Shown: positions 61,800 to 64,000 of the stretch, one piece after another
Layout of the letters: each line of letters begins with the position of its first letter
Numbering within the stretch: position 1 is the first letter of the stretch
DNA from: Leptogorgia sarmentosa
Lineage: Eukaryota
Reading direction: 5' to 3'
Assembly: GCA_964658305.1 (NCBI GenBank)
Contig: OZ210885.1
Coordinates: 23,684,001 to 23,748,000 of the forward strand
DNA: 64,000 nt
The notes under the pieces: model-generated
The model's database searches: none
What the model saw: the letters and a program-made list of their open reading frames with translations, nothing else
What the model was told of the DNA's origin: nothing
Position numbers and translations under genes: made by a program

Positions 61800-63460
61800 T
61801 AGCTCTTCAAATAACCCCTAGGTGATCTTGTGCCTTATCCGATCAGGACTCAGAAAGGGTTGTCTGAATAGAACTCCATTTTGCTATATTCACTCGATTA
61901 TATATTCCGTTATTCTGTATGAAACTAGTTTTGAAACACAGTTGCTTCTCAACAAAGAACTATCTACGCTTAGCCACAGAGTTATACGATGTGCATTGGT
62001 CTCCCCAGTGCTGTCCTTTACAATAAATACAGCCTGGGTCCTTGTTTCTACCGTTGGTAAACTCTCCCCCCTTTTGTGTATACCAATTTTGCTCCTTCCT
62101 TCTTGGGTTTTCCTGTTCTTTAGTTGGTACCTCTTCTGTTTTGTTACGCTTTAACCACCCCTGTAATGCTGACAACAATTGTTTCATGTTCCAATCTTCC
62201 CAATTATCATTGATCCGTACTAAATCAGGTTTAACTTGGGGCAGCTTATTTAAAGTAGACACTACCAACCCCTTTAACATAGCTTCTTCACTCAACGTTT
62301 AAAGCGCGTCATAGTTTTTGCAAAGACTTTCATAAAATTCCCATACCTTATCGTAATTTTGTTCCTCTCACCGTCTGTAACTTAATAATTTCCTCCATAT
62401 GAGCTGCAATTACTAATTTATCATGACCATACTCCACTTTCAGCCTTTCCCATGCTGTTTGGTAACCTTCTGACCCCGGCTTCAAGTTCGAAAGTCTAGG
62501 TCTCACCTTTGGATTCACAAGCTCTAACAGGTATCCAAATTTCTCAGCGTCTGAAACGGGCTTGCTGTCAACTTGGGAGGAAAACATATTCTCGAACCTT
62601 ATCCAGTCAGCAGAAGTCCCATTGAAGGGTGATATCTTCAACTCTGGTAGTTTCGATCTACTTGCTTTAGCTTCTTTCTCCATCTGAATTTTCTTCTCAG
62701 TCAGCACCAACTCTGCTCTCATTCTTTCCTCCCACATTTCTTTCTCTTGTTGTTGGATCTGCCTACGTACTTGCTCTTCTTTCTCCATCTTTCTCATCGC
62801 TACTTCCTCAGCTCTCAAGCTTTCATGTCTCTGTCTTTCATCCAGGGCCCTACACAACCTCGCCCGTTTCTCACATAGTGGTGCATACTTTGCCTTCAAC
62901 TCTCCTGTCCACTGCCTGATAGCTCGTTGTGATGACCTTCCCAGCTCGATTTTTAACTCTTGTAACTATGACACCAAGTCGTTCATATTGTCTTGAATCT
63001 GCTGTGTTCGCTTGTATACTTGTTTGATTTCATTAAAATACTCACTTTCTAATAATTCTTGTCCTCGAGATACTGCAGCTTTTCAATCTCTTTTCTAATA
63101 TTTTCCTCCTGATCTTTCTCCTCTTGAGCAAGTTCCACCATATTATTCTCCTCAATTTCTTGTTGTTCAAGTTCTTCCGCCATCTTGGATTTTGTTATAC
63201 CCTCACTTTCTCGTCTTTCTCCGAAAATATCTCCTCATACAATCCTGGTCACGGCACCAAAATGTGCCGAACTTGTGTCGGCACACTAAAACTCGCGGTT
63301 ATAACACTTATAACACGGTTATAATGCTTTTGATTAACATTTAATACCTTTAACAATTTAATGAACATGAACTAAAAGTCCCAATTGCATGTGTTTGTTT
63401 TTCTTATCTGGGTCGCCCGCAAACAGGCCTGTTTCCCAGAGGCGACCCAATACCCTTTTC
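61800..63460 (-). mobile_element. BEL/Pao 5' fragment (gag)
   Basis: PBS TGGTGCCGTGACCAGGAT (tRNA-His-like) at 63242-63259; LPELKISPFNG..W..F; CIYCKGQHWGDQC. Confidence 0.88.
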
Positions 63461-63469
63461 TACAAATGT

Positions 63470-64000
63470 CCGTTCAATAGTAATCCATCAAGGACATCTC
63501 GGAATTGCAACATGTCGTGAACGTGCGAAACAGTTGGTGTGGTGGCCAGGTTTGAGCAATCAAATTCAAAATATGGTGCAAAATTGTCGTATATGTGCCA
63601 CACATTTGGTAAACAAGCCCGAGCCCTTGATTCCTACCGTGTTTCCAGAATGCATATGGCAAGTGTTAGCCATAGACTTCTTTAAATGCGAGAACATTGA
63701 CTATCTACTGGTGGTGGATTACTTTTCGCGATATGTTGAAGTGAGTGCTATGAAGAGGAACAAGACCGCCTCTGAAGTGTGCAGCGCTATGAAATCTATG
63801 TTTTCGCGATATGTTATCCTCGAGAAAGTTAGATCAGACAACAGACCTCGGTTTAATAGTGGAGAATGTCTACAATTTGCAAACGAGTGGGGGATTTGAA
63901 GTTGCTCACAGCAGCCCAAAATACCCTAATCTAACGGCGAGGTCGAACGTGCGGTGCAGACCGTGAAGTGTCTTCAGAAGAAAAAGAAAAAGCTGTATTA
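63470..64000 (+). pseudogene. Gypsy integrase fragment
   Basis: IHQGHLG, VWWPG, VVDYFSRY, SDN, SNGEVER. Confidence 0.9.

Overview
Eukaryotic, AT-rich invertebrate DNA; a cnidarian-like origin is inferred from the repeat families and is not proven. The window is almost entirely nested, mostly decayed transposable elements, and I see no convincing host housekeeping gene, rRNA, tRNA or CRISPR array. In order: a BEL/Pao retrotransposon interrupted by a Kolobok derivative; a LINE tail; a truncated Gypsy; Tc1/mariner ends; an inverted pair of Penelope-type ends with a hammerhead ribozyme; a Harbinger transposase; a structurally complete Ngaro-type tyrosine-recombinase retrotransposon (split direct repeats, SGNH ORF, 1.07-kb internal duplication, three nested DNA elements); MULE and AcademH remnants; an 845-bp foldback element; a full-length Gypsy; a LINE 5' part with a 2A-like motif; a hAT element with an OTU/vertnin-like ORF and a nested Gypsy; an Academ inserted in a DIRS recombinase gene; then Copia, DIRS, BEL and Gypsy fragments. 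The most unusual observation is a textbook U12-type (minor spliceosome) intron in a spliced, winged-helix-like cargo gene carried by a TIR/TSD-bounded DNA transposon. All family assignments come from motif recognition by eye; no searches were run.
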